Shown here: in pieces, positions 25,172 through 34,118 of the stretch
Position numbering within the stretch: position 1 is the stretch's first letter
Layout: each line of letters opens with the position of its first letter
From: Patescibacteria group bacterium
GTDB taxonomy: Bacteria > Patescibacteriota > Microgenomatia > Levybacterales > UBA12049
NCBI GenBank assembly: GCA_035260725.1
Contig: DATFUR010000010.1
Coordinates: 1-36,226, forward strand
DNA: 36,226 bases
Direction of reading: 5' to 3'
Made by a program: the position numbers and the translations under genes
Notes under the pieces: model-generated
Seen by the model: only the letters and a program-made list of their open reading frames with translations
What the model was told of the DNA's origin: nothing
Databases searched by the model: none

Positions 25172-26109
25172 CCTATTACGTAGATTATTATAATAACCAA
25201 TAAAAGCCAGACTAAAACTGTTATAAGAAGGGGTTTATCGGAAAGAAGAACTTTCTCCGGACTTTCTCCCTCATGTTTTTCGTAAATATCCTGAAGATAT
25301 CTCATTAGGCCGTAAACAACCGGAAGAATTGTTATCATAAGCCATTTTCGCTGAAAAAATGTTGGCAAAAATTCCGGAAGAAGAACTCCCAAAGAGATAT
25401 TAAGTCCCTTTGGATTTTCCAAAAAAGTAAAGAGAGAGTAGGTTATAAAAGTTGAGGTTGCAAATATAGACGCATAAACGTCCAGAAGTCTTTCCGAATA
25501 ATGAGACAAAGATTTTCGCGTTGCGGCGATACTTACTCCTTGAATTCTTGAGACAAGAGTCAATTCGGATCTTCTTTTCCCAATAGCTAGGAAAAGAGAA
25601 ATAGAAATTGTTGTGAGGAGAAGCCAAACAGATAAATGAAAACCACTTGCAAATTCCCCCGCATAAACTCTTAAAATATATCCTGCCGCAATTGCCAATA
25701 TGTCAACAACAGCTAGAGTTTTTAAAGAAGTGGAGTAGAAAAATTGAATCGCCAGATAAACTAGACAAACTAAGAAAAAAGCCGGTGTGACCATCGTACT
25801 TAAGAAAAGAGAAATAAAGATAAGAAGCACCGAAATTACGATCCCCACTCTTACGGGAATGTCGCCGTGTGCAAACGGTCTTAGTTTTTTGAAAGGATGT
25901 TTTTTATCTTTATCCAAATCAAAAACGTCATTTATTATGTAAGTCGCAGAAGAAAGAATGCAAAAAACTATGAACCCTAAAAAGACTTTTGGAAAAACAT
26001 GGGGATTGAATAACTCGCCTGCAAAAAGTACGGAGGCAAAAATAGCAAAATTTTTAATCCATTGCCTTGGTCTAAGTAACCTAACTGTATTATAGATTAA
26101 CTTTTCCAT
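25168..26109 (-). CDS. UbiA-family prenyl-phosphate phosphoribosyltransferase (decaprenyl-phosphate 5-phosphoribosyltransferase, Rv3806c-like)
   Basis: LRPRQWIKNFAIFASVLFAG and NDVFDLDKDKKHPFKKLRPFAHGDI closely resemble the RPxQWxKN and NDxxDxxxDxxHPxKxxRPxAxG blocks of DPPR synthases. The protein is polytopic. Confidence 0.75.
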   Translation of the reverse strand: MEKLIYNTVRLLRPRQWIKNFAIFASVLFAGELFNPHVFPKVFLGFIVFCILSSATYIINDVFDLDKDKKHPFKKLRPFAHGDIPVRVGIVISVLLIFISLFLSTMVTPAFFLVCLVYLAIQFFYSTSLKTLAVVDILAIAAGYILRVYAGEFASGFHLSVWLLLTTISISLFLAIGKRRSELTLVSRIQGVSIAATRKSLSHYSERLLDVYASIFATSTFITYSLFTFLENPKGLNISLGVLLPEFLPTFFQRKWLMITILPVVYGLMRYLQDIYEKHEGESPEKVLLSDKPLLITVLVWLLLVIIIIYVIG

Positions 26110-27143
26110 TTATTTCTTTTTATTGAATATTGCAAAAAAAGCAAAGCGCCAAAACCTATTATCAAAAGCATTAATATTGCAAAGAGTTTGCCACGGCTGT
26201 CTAGAATTAATGCAAGGGAGCCCAATATAGCAGAAAAAATCCAGTAAAACAATGCAATATATCGTTGGGAAAACCCCATGCTTAAAAGCAAGTGGTGCAA
26301 ATGCTTTTTGTCGTGCCAAAAAGGCGAACGGCCGCTTCGAATTCTTCTAAGCACGGTAAAAATTCCATCCATCATTGGAACTCCCATTACCAAGATTGCT
26401 GTTGCTAGTTTTGCACTTGAGAGGATAGACACAACGCTTAGAAGAAGGTATATCGACGTCGCGCTGTACCCCGGGAAAATTTTTGCCGGGTAAAAATTAA
26501 AGATAAGAAATGCTAAAGAACTTCCCGCTATTATGAAAGAAAGTTTCGCCGCTATAATACTATTTGCATCAATAATCGGAAAACGCAAACTCAAAAATCC
26601 TATTACTATTGCCGATATTGCAACAATTCCGGGCATTTGGCCGTCTACCCCTTTACTCCAATTTAACATGTTCATGGCCCAAACTATCCAGACTATTGCA
26701 ATGACCTGTGGTAAAAACGGGATTTGATTTAGATAGAGAATTCCTCCAAAGGGGTTTGTTATAAAGGTAACTGCGATTCCTGCCGAAACCACGATAAGAG
26801 CCGATATTATATTCATTAGGAAGCGTATATAAGGGGATACATCAAATTTGTCATCTAAGACACCAATTGCCAGGGCAATAAAGCTTCCCAAAAAAAGGCT
26901 TATTGTAACCGGCGTATAAGGCAAGAAAAAAAGACTGGCAATAAAGCATCCTACAAAAATCGGCATTCCTCCTCCTCGGGGAGTAGGTTTTTTATGAATC
27001 ACGGCAGGATGTCTGTGGGTTTTAGGGTCGTCCATTATCTTGAACTTTTTAATAAATTTTATGAAAACTGGAGTAGCAATAACTGTTATTAAAAAAGAAG
27101 TTAAAAAAGGAAATAAAATCGTTGTGTCAATATTAAAAAGCAT
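26097..27143 (-). CDS. polyprenyl-phosphate HexNAc-1-phosphate transferase family protein (WecA/TagO/MraY superfamily, GT4)
   Basis: HKKPTPRGGG, VLDDKFDVSP (DDxxD), NMLNWSKGVDGQ, FNFYPAKIFPG and RRIRSGRSPFWHDKKHLHHLLL blocks are present. The usual MGD(A/T)GS block reads PGYSATS here. Confidence 0.75.
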   Translation of the reverse strand: MLFNIDTTILFPFLTSFLITVIATPVFIKFIKKFKIMDDPKTHRHPAVIHKKPTPRGGGMPIFVGCFIASLFFLPYTPVTISLFLGSFIALAIGVLDDKFDVSPYIRFLMNIISALIVVSAGIAVTFITNPFGGILYLNQIPFLPQVIAIVWIVWAMNMLNWSKGVDGQMPGIVAISAIVIGFLSLRFPIIDANSIIAAKLSFIIAGSSLAFLIFNFYPAKIFPGYSATSIYLLLSVVSILSSAKLATAILVMGVPMMDGIFTVLRRIRSGRSPFWHDKKHLHHLLLSMGFSQRYIALFYWIFSAILGSLALILDSRGKLFAILMLLIIGFGALLFLQYSIKRNKWKS

Positions 27144-27144
27144 A

Positions 27145-27498
27145 TTACAAAATAGTATGAATAGTTCGAATTATAAAAAGTAAAGTTAAGATTGAGATTA
27201 ATAAACTGGTCATGGAAAAAAGTCTGGAGATAAGAGGTATTTTTTTATAAACATAAGTTGCGAATATTAGATTTGCCACAAAAACTAGAAACGCAATTAA
27301 GGGAACAAGAAAAATAAAAATATTTTTAGCAATTCTTTCCTCTCCCCAAGGCATCTGATTAAAAAGCGGTATTAGAGGAGGAAGACTATTGTAGTAAATA
27401 ACTATACATACAAGAGAAACCAGTATTAATGCTCCGGAAAAAATTGATCCTCTAAATAATATTTTATCTTCTTTGACTTCTTTAAAGAATTCGTTCAT
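27145..27498 (-). CDS. small polytopic membrane protein (117 aa)
   Basis: It has three or four hydrophobic helices and lies inside the glycan operon, within 1 nt of or overlapping its neighbours. Confidence 0.5.
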   Translation of the reverse strand: MNEFFKEVKEDKILFRGSIFSGALILVSLVCIVIYYNSLPPLIPLFNQMPWGEERIAKNIFIFLVPLIAFLVFVANLIFATYVYKKIPLISRLFSMTSLLISILTLLFIIRTIHTIL

Positions 27499-28975
27499 AA
27501 ATAAGAGTTTTATCTATTATTATTCTTTGAGAATAATTGGAAAGGTTAAAAGGGTAGAAATTCATATAAGGCATTATTATAATAAGCTTGGGTTTTTTAA
27601 AATCGAGATCTTTTGTAGTCTCTTTTATTCCGTCTTTGCTCCCTGTTATGTGGTATGCAACAGTAAATCTTCCGGGTGGTAATTTATTTGTTAGTTTATA
27701 AAGTTGAGCGTTGTTTCCCCAAGTAAATATTGTGTCGCTATCTTTTGTAGTTCCCTTAATGAAAGAAGCAAGCTCATAATCTACCGGCGTTATATTATCG
27801 AAAAACCTCTGGTATTCAGAAACACTTTTGCCACTGGTTATAAAAGATAGAAAATTTCCGTAATAGGTTAAGGGTTTTCCATAAACTCCAAAGTTTTTAG
27901 ATATTAATAATAGAGATAATAAAACAAAGGCAACGCTAATTTTTCTGAACTTTTTTTCTGCAAAAACTAGTCCCAGAAGAATAGAAAAAGATGGAAGTAA
28001 AACCAAAAGATAATGGGTATAAGGCCGTTGAGAGAAAAAAGCATTAAAAAGAGAAAAAGCAAACCATAGCCACACAAAAATTATAGCTTTACTAAAAGAA
28101 TTTCTTTTAGTAAATAAGAATGCAATTAATCCAAAAAGAAGCACTAATTTTAAAATAAGAAGTCCTTGAGGAATTATTAATTTATTGCCATAACCCACAT
28201 ACCCGATATTGGAAAAAAAAGTCGCGTTAATAAACTCCTTAAAGGCACCCTTGGCAATAAAAAATCCCGTTGTTAAAACTCCGGGAATTATAAATCCCAA
28301 AAAGTAAGAGAAAACCTTTTTTACCTCATAAGCTTGGTATCTTTTATTTTTAATATGGGTTAAAAACTTTTCATCTGCGAAAAGCGCGAGGAATATAAAA
28401 AAAGCTGCAAAATCAAACATTGCAACTATCTTAAAAAGAAACGCAAGTCCAAGAAGAATTCCGGAGAAAAAAACAATTAAAATATTTCTATTCTGGGTTT
28501 TAATTGTATCGTTTTCCCTTAGGCTAAGAATAATTAGAGCGGAGGTTAGAATAGGAAGAATCATAAAATTTTCTGCATTGGCAATGTTTCCCTCCAGAAT
28601 TGGCGAACCGAAGAGTAGGGCAAAAAAAGCTGTAGAGTATAGTGCTATTTTTTGGGAAACAAATATTTTTTTGCACAGTTTATAAAAAACAAAAATTGAT
28701 AAAAGACCAAATATCAAAGAAGCTAGTTTCACTCCAAACTGATCCGAGTCAAAAAGCCCATACACCATATACAAAAGAGGTGGTTTATTGTCCCAAATAC
28801 CTTGGTACAGTAATCTGCCATTTTTTATGGCGAGAGCTACTGCTTGGTACACTCCTTCGTCGCCGTACCAATAAGGTTCAAATAGGGAAGGAAATCGAAG
28901 AATAAAAAAAACGCCGCAAATTGCGAATAAATACCAAAAGCCTATACTTTTTTCAAGTCTTCCCAAGACTTTCAT
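27482..28975 (-). CDS. GT-C-fold (ArnT/PMT-like, GT39/GT83-type) membrane glycosyltransferase
   Basis: An early loop, FEPYWYGDEGVYQAVALAIKNGRLLY, carries the acidic D-E pair. About 12 TM helices are followed by a soluble C-terminal domain. Confidence 0.65.
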   Translation of the reverse strand: MKVLGRLEKSIGFWYLFAICGVFFILRFPSLFEPYWYGDEGVYQAVALAIKNGRLLYQGIWDNKPPLLYMVYGLFDSDQFGVKLASLIFGLLSIFVFYKLCKKIFVSQKIALYSTAFFALLFGSPILEGNIANAENFMILPILTSALIILSLRENDTIKTQNRNILIVFFSGILLGLAFLFKIVAMFDFAAFFIFLALFADEKFLTHIKNKRYQAYEVKKVFSYFLGFIIPGVLTTGFFIAKGAFKEFINATFFSNIGYVGYGNKLIIPQGLLILKLVLLFGLIAFLFTKRNSFSKAIIFVWLWFAFSLFNAFFSQRPYTHYLLVLLPSFSILLGLVFAEKKFRKISVAFVLLSLLLISKNFGVYGKPLTYYGNFLSFITSGKSVSEYQRFFDNITPVDYELASFIKGTTKDSDTIFTWGNNAQLYKLTNKLPPGRFTVAYHITGSKDGIKETTKDLDFKKPKLIIIMPYMNFYPFNLSNYSQRIIIDKTLIYERIL

Positions 28976-30462
28976 ATTTTCTCTGTCACTTTATATTCTA
29001 ACCTTTTTCCAAACATAAGTTGAGTATGAGAAAATATCGCGGGCAAAGTAGAGAGAAAAAATCCCGCAACAGGTAAAAGCAGAAACTCAAAGAGAAATAA
29101 AATCTTTCTAACCATAGACTTGTTATGTTTTGGGTTATTTCTAAAATCAATAATAATCATCGATGCGAGAGAAACCAAGCAAAGAGTCAGAATAAATCCG
29201 GCAAGCCGCGGTACGTTATAGCCAAGCGATGTTCTGGTAAAAACCGGATTAACAAAGGGCATTATGTTGGCCGCAATGGTGATTATGAACCAGTTGGCGG
29301 GCCAGAGAAAATGATCGAGCAAAACATTGTATAAAAGCAAAGTTTTTCTCCAGAAAGGAACTCCGGGTACAATAAACCACCATTTAATAAAAAGCGGATC
29401 ATCGGAGACTCCCCACGACCATCTTCTTTCCTGATCGTATTTGTTTTTAAGGCTATTTATTCTTCCTGCGGACAGAGGAGCGTCCATAGAAGTTCTTAGG
29501 AAAATTGGTTCTGCCCAAACATTTCCGTGGAGTTTGTAAAATGCTTTAAAGAAAATTCTGTAATCTTCCGGCACAACGTCGGTATCCCAGAATCCTATGT
29601 CTTTTAGCATTTTAAAAGAAAGGCTGTATGTTGAATTGGAGATAAGCTTGTCTTTCTGAATAAGAACACCGGTCCTCCAAAGGCTTCCAAAAAAAGAAAT
29701 AATTCTGGTTGGAGGAGGGACTTTCCAAAAATTGTTGTAGTAAACGGTGGCGGACTGCCAAAATTTGTGGTATCTCTTGTTATCTCTTAAAAATTCAAAA
29801 GCAAGATACGAAAAATATTGTGGATCAAAAATAGAATCTGCATCGGCGGTTGTTATAGTTGTATAATCCATATCTATTACACCCCTTTTTACTAAGTCTT
29901 TGTAAACTACTTTTGCCGCGTAAGATTGGTTTGAAGATTTTCCTTTTACTTCGCCTTCAATGTCCGGGTGGTAAGTCGTCAAAAATCCCCCAAATAATTT
30001 TCCGAATTGCGAAGTTAACTCTTTTGCCTTAACGCTGGCGTCTTTTTCTCTTTCTTCCATTGCCAAAACTACAAATATTTTCTTTGTTGGAAATGTTTGG
30101 AGAGCGAGGGCATTTATTGTCTCTTTTAACTTATAAATTGCTTCGGTGTAGTTAGGAATAATTATTACATGCGAAACCTTTTTATAGTTTTTGAATTTGC
30201 GGGTATTTTTTAACCAATCAATTTTTTCGGCTGTTTTTATTTTGTTGGAGGCAATGTACGAAGTTATAGCAAGAGAGAAGGATTTATATAACCAGTAAAC
30301 ATCAAAGAAAAGAATAAAATAAGCGATAAAATAGGGAACGAGCAAAGAGCCCCAGATAGGAGAGAGAATAATTGTCCACGAAAAAAATCCGGGTAGAATT
30401 TCCAAGAATCTCCTGGTTTTTATAGGATAGCGATCAAATACCTTCCCGAAAAAACTAGTCAT
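28972..30462 (-). CDS. membrane-embedded family 2 glycosyltransferase with processive-synthase motifs
   Basis: VIIIPNYTE, TADADS (DxD), VVPEDYRIF and QERRWSWG (a Q-x-x-R-W motif, codons 29433->29419) are flanked by TM helices on both sides. Confidence 0.8.
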   Translation of the reverse strand: MTSFFGKVFDRYPIKTRRFLEILPGFFSWTIILSPIWGSLLVPYFIAYFILFFDVYWLYKSFSLAITSYIASNKIKTAEKIDWLKNTRKFKNYKKVSHVIIIPNYTEAIYKLKETINALALQTFPTKKIFVVLAMEEREKDASVKAKELTSQFGKLFGGFLTTYHPDIEGEVKGKSSNQSYAAKVVYKDLVKRGVIDMDYTTITTADADSIFDPQYFSYLAFEFLRDNKRYHKFWQSATVYYNNFWKVPPPTRIISFFGSLWRTGVLIQKDKLISNSTYSLSFKMLKDIGFWDTDVVPEDYRIFFKAFYKLHGNVWAEPIFLRTSMDAPLSAGRINSLKNKYDQERRWSWGVSDDPLFIKWWFIVPGVPFWRKTLLLYNVLLDHFLWPANWFIITIAANIMPFVNPVFTRTSLGYNVPRLAGFILTLCLVSLASMIIIDFRNNPKHNKSMVRKILFLFEFLLLPVAGFFLSTLPAIFSHTQLMFGKRLEYKVTEKI

Positions 30463-30468
30463 AGAGGA

Positions 30469-31263
30469 TTAAATTTTAAAAATATGGCGCGCGTTTTGCG
30501 CTGTTTTTTCTTTAACTTCTTCAAAAGTTAAGCCTTTGGTTTTGGCCACAAATTCACCGACGATTATAACATAAGAAGGTAAGTTTCGCATTCCCCGATA
30601 GGGAACGGGAGGGAGGAATGGGCTGTCTGTTTCGGTGACTATTCGATCAATCGGCGCATATTTAACAAGTTCGGACAAAAGCGTATCTTCGCCACGGGCT
30701 ATTCCGTCGTAAGTTATGTTTCCGTCAAAACCTACATAAAACCCTAATTCCAAAACATTTTTCAAGTGTTCAATATTGCCTGACATGCAGTGGAACATTC
30801 CCGGAGGATTCAAAAGCTCGCTTTTATAGCTTTGTAGGATATCAATAATATCCGGGCCTGCCAACCGGTTGTGAATCTGCAGCGGTAACCTTAGTTTTAT
30901 AGAAAGTTCAACCTGTTTTATGAAAATATCTTTTTGGATTTTAGGTTCGACAATTCCGTTTGTCTTGTAGCTAAAATAATCGAGTCCTGTTTCACCTATT
31001 CCAACAACCTTAGGTTCTTTGGCGAGTTTCTCAAGTTTCTTTTCCCAGCCTGTTTCAACTTTATCCGCGTGATGGGGATGAACCCCGACAATAGCATATA
31101 AATTGTCATATTCTTTTGCTAACTCAATTGCTTTTTCCGAGGATTCAATCGAAGTTCCCGTATTTATAATAGTAGTAACGCCATCGTCGAAAGCTTTTTT
31201 AACAACTTCGTCTACGTTCTTTTCGAAACTATGGAAATTCAGATGGCAATGAACGTCAATCAT
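30469..31263 (-). CDS. TatD-family metal-dependent hydrolase
   Basis: MIDVHCHLNF..., GVHPHH and ...ETDSPFL blocks are present. A TATAAT box (31275->31270) lies 6 nt upstream of ATG 31263, which argues against the longer track start at 31281. Confidence 0.85.
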   Translation of the reverse strand: MIDVHCHLNFHSFEKNVDEVVKKAFDDGVTTIINTGTSIESSEKAIELAKEYDNLYAIVGVHPHHADKVETGWEKKLEKLAKEPKVVGIGETGLDYFSYKTNGIVEPKIQKDIFIKQVELSIKLRLPLQIHNRLAGPDIIDILQSYKSELLNPPGMFHCMSGNIEHLKNVLELGFYVGFDGNITYDGIARGEDTLLSELVKYAPIDRIVTETDSPFLPPVPYRGMRNLPSYVIIVGEFVAKTKGLTFEEVKEKTAQNARHIFKI

Positions 31264-31269
31264 ATCTGT

Positions 31270-31275
31270 ATTATA
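31270..31275 (-). promoter_or_regulatory. -10 box TATAAT, 6 nt upstream of the TatD-family ATG
   Basis: The minus strand reads TATAAT-ACAGAT-ATG. I found no convincing -35 element. Confidence 0.4.
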
Positions 31276-31360
31276 GTACATGAACTGTCTTACTTTTCTC
31301 TTTCTGTTTTATGTTTTTAATTTTCTCTTAAAAAAATAAGATTAGGGTGAAAGGAGAAGT

Positions 31361-31444
31361 ATGTTGTATATTCTTGGATGGTTGTTAGGAGTGCCTTTGA
31401 GCCTTCTGCTTCTTATCTGGTTGGTAACGCACGTTCTTCATTAG
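31361..31444 (+). CDS. possible 27-aa hydrophobic peptide (MLYILGWLLGVPLSLLLLIWLVTHVLH)
   Basis: An AAGGAG SD (31351-31356) lies 4 nt before the ATG. The ORF sits on the plus strand in the gap between the start of the TatD-family gene and the stop of the phosphodiester-glycosidase-family gene, both on the minus strand. It is not in the ORF track. Confidence 0.4.
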   Translation: MLYILGWLLGVPLSLLLLIWLVTHVLH

Positions 31445-31449
31445 AAGAA

Positions 31450-32643
31450 TTATTTTCTAATGAATAAAAGTGCGTTGGGAATATTTCGGCCGGGACCCGC
31501 AACATAACTTCCGTTGAGCCATAAGGCAGTGGAGCCTCCCTGGTCAAGACCTAATGCGTTATCCATACCCATAGTTTTTAAAACCAAAGCGGCATTTGCC
31601 GAAGTCGCATTATAAATAATTCCTATATAAACCGCACTGCCTTTGTTGGCAACAAAAGTACGTGTCCCAACGTCATTGAGTTTTTGCTCGCTGCTTCCTC
31701 CGAACATATTATTTCCTCCCTGAATATAAAGCGGATGATTTGCTATGACGCCGTCGACCCCCGTATCCCGCCCCCAGTCCAATGATTGACCGCGAACACC
31801 CATGGTATTGCCCGTGAAGTAGACCAGTGGAACGGTAGAATATTTATTATTGTCGGAATTAAAATAAACTTTATTTTTGTTCATTAAAAGTGTGTCAAAA
31901 GAATTTGTTTTCCCGGCACAACTTGGATATTCGGCGGGACAGAAAAATCCTCCGTTAATTGCGGCGAAAGCGCCAGACCTCGCAGCATAAGTTCCAAGCG
32001 GTAAAACAGGGCAGTTATTTGTACAGGTTGCGTCCGACGCAGTGTCTATAACTACTCTTGTAGAGTTTAAATCTGCTGCTATTATGCCAACGTTAAAAGT
32101 TCCAGAGTCTATCTTTACCGCCTGATAACTGTACCCTGATCCCGGAGGAGTATTAGAAACCGTTGCCGCAACAGTCGGTCCAGCATTTGAGGTTGACGCG
32201 ATTGTTGTATATTTTTTCTGAATGTCGAAATTAAGAACAGTAAGTTTTGCAGAGGCAGAAGCATAATTAAGAGTCGCAAGGTCGTTTAAGATATCTGTAA
32301 ATTCTTTATCAATATCATCGGTAGTAATTTTTTGAGCCTTAAGATCTAGAATTTTTTCGTAAGCGCTAGCCGTTTTCTTGTAGCTGTCTTCTGTTTTTGC
32401 AATTTTATCTTTTAATTCTTGGTTAATTTTGTATTGGTCTTGGGTTTTTAATGCTTCCAATTCCGCGTTAACACTTTTAAGTTGCTGGTTAAGCAGGGAA
32501 TTTTCTGCTTTTCCTTGATTGAACTGAAAAAATAAGAAAAGAGTAGAAGTTAGAGACGAGAGCACAATAAAGATTAAAATAAAATTTACCGCGGTGAAGA
32601 AAGTTTTTAGAGGTATCAATTTTTTGGAAAGAAGTTTATCCAT
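31450..32643 (-). CDS. membrane-anchored phosphodiester glycosidase (NAGPA/DUF2233) family protein
   Basis: A TM helix and coiled coil are followed by SGAFAAINGGFF and a C-terminal ALGLDQGGSTALWLNG block, as in the NAGPA domain. Confidence 0.65.
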   Translation of the reverse strand: MDKLLSKKLIPLKTFFTAVNFILIFIVLSSLTSTLFLFFQFNQGKAENSLLNQQLKSVNAELEALKTQDQYKINQELKDKIAKTEDSYKKTASAYEKILDLKAQKITTDDIDKEFTDILNDLATLNYASASAKLTVLNFDIQKKYTTIASTSNAGPTVAATVSNTPPGSGYSYQAVKIDSGTFNVGIIAADLNSTRVVIDTASDATCTNNCPVLPLGTYAARSGAFAAINGGFFCPAEYPSCAGKTNSFDTLLMNKNKVYFNSDNNKYSTVPLVYFTGNTMGVRGQSLDWGRDTGVDGVIANHPLYIQGGNNMFGGSSEQKLNDVGTRTFVANKGSAVYIGIIYNATSANAALVLKTMGMDNALGLDQGGSTALWLNGSYVAGPGRNIPNALLFIRK

Positions 32644-32651
32644 CTGGAATT

Positions 32652-32660
32652 ATTGTAACA
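32652..32660 (-). promoter_or_regulatory. extended -10 element TGT-TACAAT, 8 nt before ATG 32643
   Basis: The minus strand reads TGTTACAAT-AATTCCAG-ATG, in the 20-nt gap after metG. Confidence 0.4.
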
Positions 32661-32663
32661 GAT

Positions 32664-34085
32664 TCAAATTCTCGGAAAAAGCGGAGCAGAAGCTTTAATT
32701 TTAGATCCGTTGAATTGCTTTATAATCTTTTCCGAAGTTCCCGGAAGATATACTCTCAAGGCATATGCAATTTTACAAAGAAAACCTGAATATGTAGTTA
32801 ATTCTTTTTGTAGTTTCTTTTTGTCTTCTATTTTCCAAGGCTCATGCCGAGTTATCCATCCATCGGTAAGTTTAATTTCGTCCCATATCATTGCCAATGC
32901 TTCGTTGAACTTAAAAACTTTCGTAAGAACTTCTACATCGAAAGAATTTCCAAATCCTTTTTGTTCATATTTATATGTGAAGTTAGCTGTTTCACATAGT
33001 TTTGTAATTCGGGCAACTAAGTTTCCTAAACCATTTGCTAAATCCGCATTGTAAGTCTCAATAAATTTCTTTTCCGAAAAGTCTCCATCTTCGAATGGTG
33101 AAATTTTTGAAAGTAAATAGTAACGGAGAGCGTCGGCGCCGTATTTATTTATCAGTTGAACAGGATCGATGACGTTGCCGATACTTTTGGACATCTTCTC
33201 TCCATTTATTGTTATATACTCGTGAACAAAAATTGTTTTTGGTAAGGCAAGTCCTGCGGAAAGCAAAAACGCCGGCCAATAAATCGCGTGGAATCTTAGA
33301 ATTCCTTTTCCAATAACATGCACATCTGCGGGCCACCATTTTTTATACTCTTCTTCGTTAGAACCGAATCCAATTCCTGACTGATAGATGTTTAGAGCAT
33401 CAAACCAAACATACATTCTTTGGGATGGGTCGCCCGGCACAGGAACTCCCCAATTTTTTGCGCGTTCATTGCTTCTAGAAATACTAATATCGTTTAGTCC
33501 TTGTTTTAAAAAGGCGAGAACTTCGTGCTTTCTATTTTCAGGAACAATTTTTATTTCGTTATTTTCGATTAGTTTTTTAATTTGGTTGGTATATTTTGAA
33601 AGTTTAAAAAAATAGTTTTCCTCGGAAACTTCCTCCAATTTTTTTCCGGGGTGTTCGAAACATTCTCCATTTTCATTCAGCTCGTCGTCTTCATAAAATA
33701 ACTCACAGCCGACGCAATATTTACCGGTGTACCCCTTTTTATAAATGTCGTGGAGGCAAAGTTCCCAAAGTTTTTGCGAAGCCTTGTGGTGTTGGGGTGA
33801 GCTTCCTTTTTGGAAAACATCAAAGGAAACGTTCAATTTTTCGCCTAAGTTCCTAAACAACTCGGCATTCTTGTCGATAAAAGTTTGGACAGGAACTCCT
33901 GCTTCCTCTGCCGCCTTTACATTTTTTATCGCATTTTCGTCGGACCCTGTGAGAAATTTTACTTCTTCTCCAACTAATCTGTGATATCTTGCCACGACAT
34001 CTGCCTGCACAAACTCCAAGGCGTGGCCTATGTGAGGTTTTGCATTAACGTAAGGAATTGCTGTTGTTATATAAAATTTGTTCAT
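32664..34085 (-). CDS. metG: methionine--tRNA ligase (short form without the C-terminal tRNA-binding domain)
   Basis: TTAIPYVNAKPHIGH (HIGH), a zinc knuckle CVGCELF...ECFEHPG, and KMSKSIGN (KMSKS) are present. Confidence 0.95.
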   Translation of the reverse strand: MNKFYITTAIPYVNAKPHIGHALEFVQADVVARYHRLVGEEVKFLTGSDENAIKNVKAAEEAGVPVQTFIDKNAELFRNLGEKLNVSFDVFQKGSSPQHHKASQKLWELCLHDIYKKGYTGKYCVGCELFYEDDELNENGECFEHPGKKLEEVSEENYFFKLSKYTNQIKKLIENNEIKIVPENRKHEVLAFLKQGLNDISISRSNERAKNWGVPVPGDPSQRMYVWFDALNIYQSGIGFGSNEEEYKKWWPADVHVIGKGILRFHAIYWPAFLLSAGLALPKTIFVHEYITINGEKMSKSIGNVIDPVQLINKYGADALRYYLLSKISPFEDGDFSEKKFIETYNADLANGLGNLVARITKLCETANFTYKYEQKGFGNSFDVEVLTKVFKFNEALAMIWDEIKLTDGWITRHEPWKIEDKKKLQKELTTYSGFLCKIAYALRVYLPGTSEKIIKQFNGSKIKASAPLFPRI

Positions 34086-34091
34086 GAGGCT

Positions 34092-34100
34092 ATTTTACCA
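34092..34100 (-). promoter_or_regulatory. extended -10 element TGG-TAAAAT, 6 nt before the metG ATG
   Basis: The minus strand reads TGGTAAAAT-AGCCTC-ATG (the ATG is at 34085). Confidence 0.45.
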
Positions 34101-34118
34101 GATTTACCCCTTGGAAGG

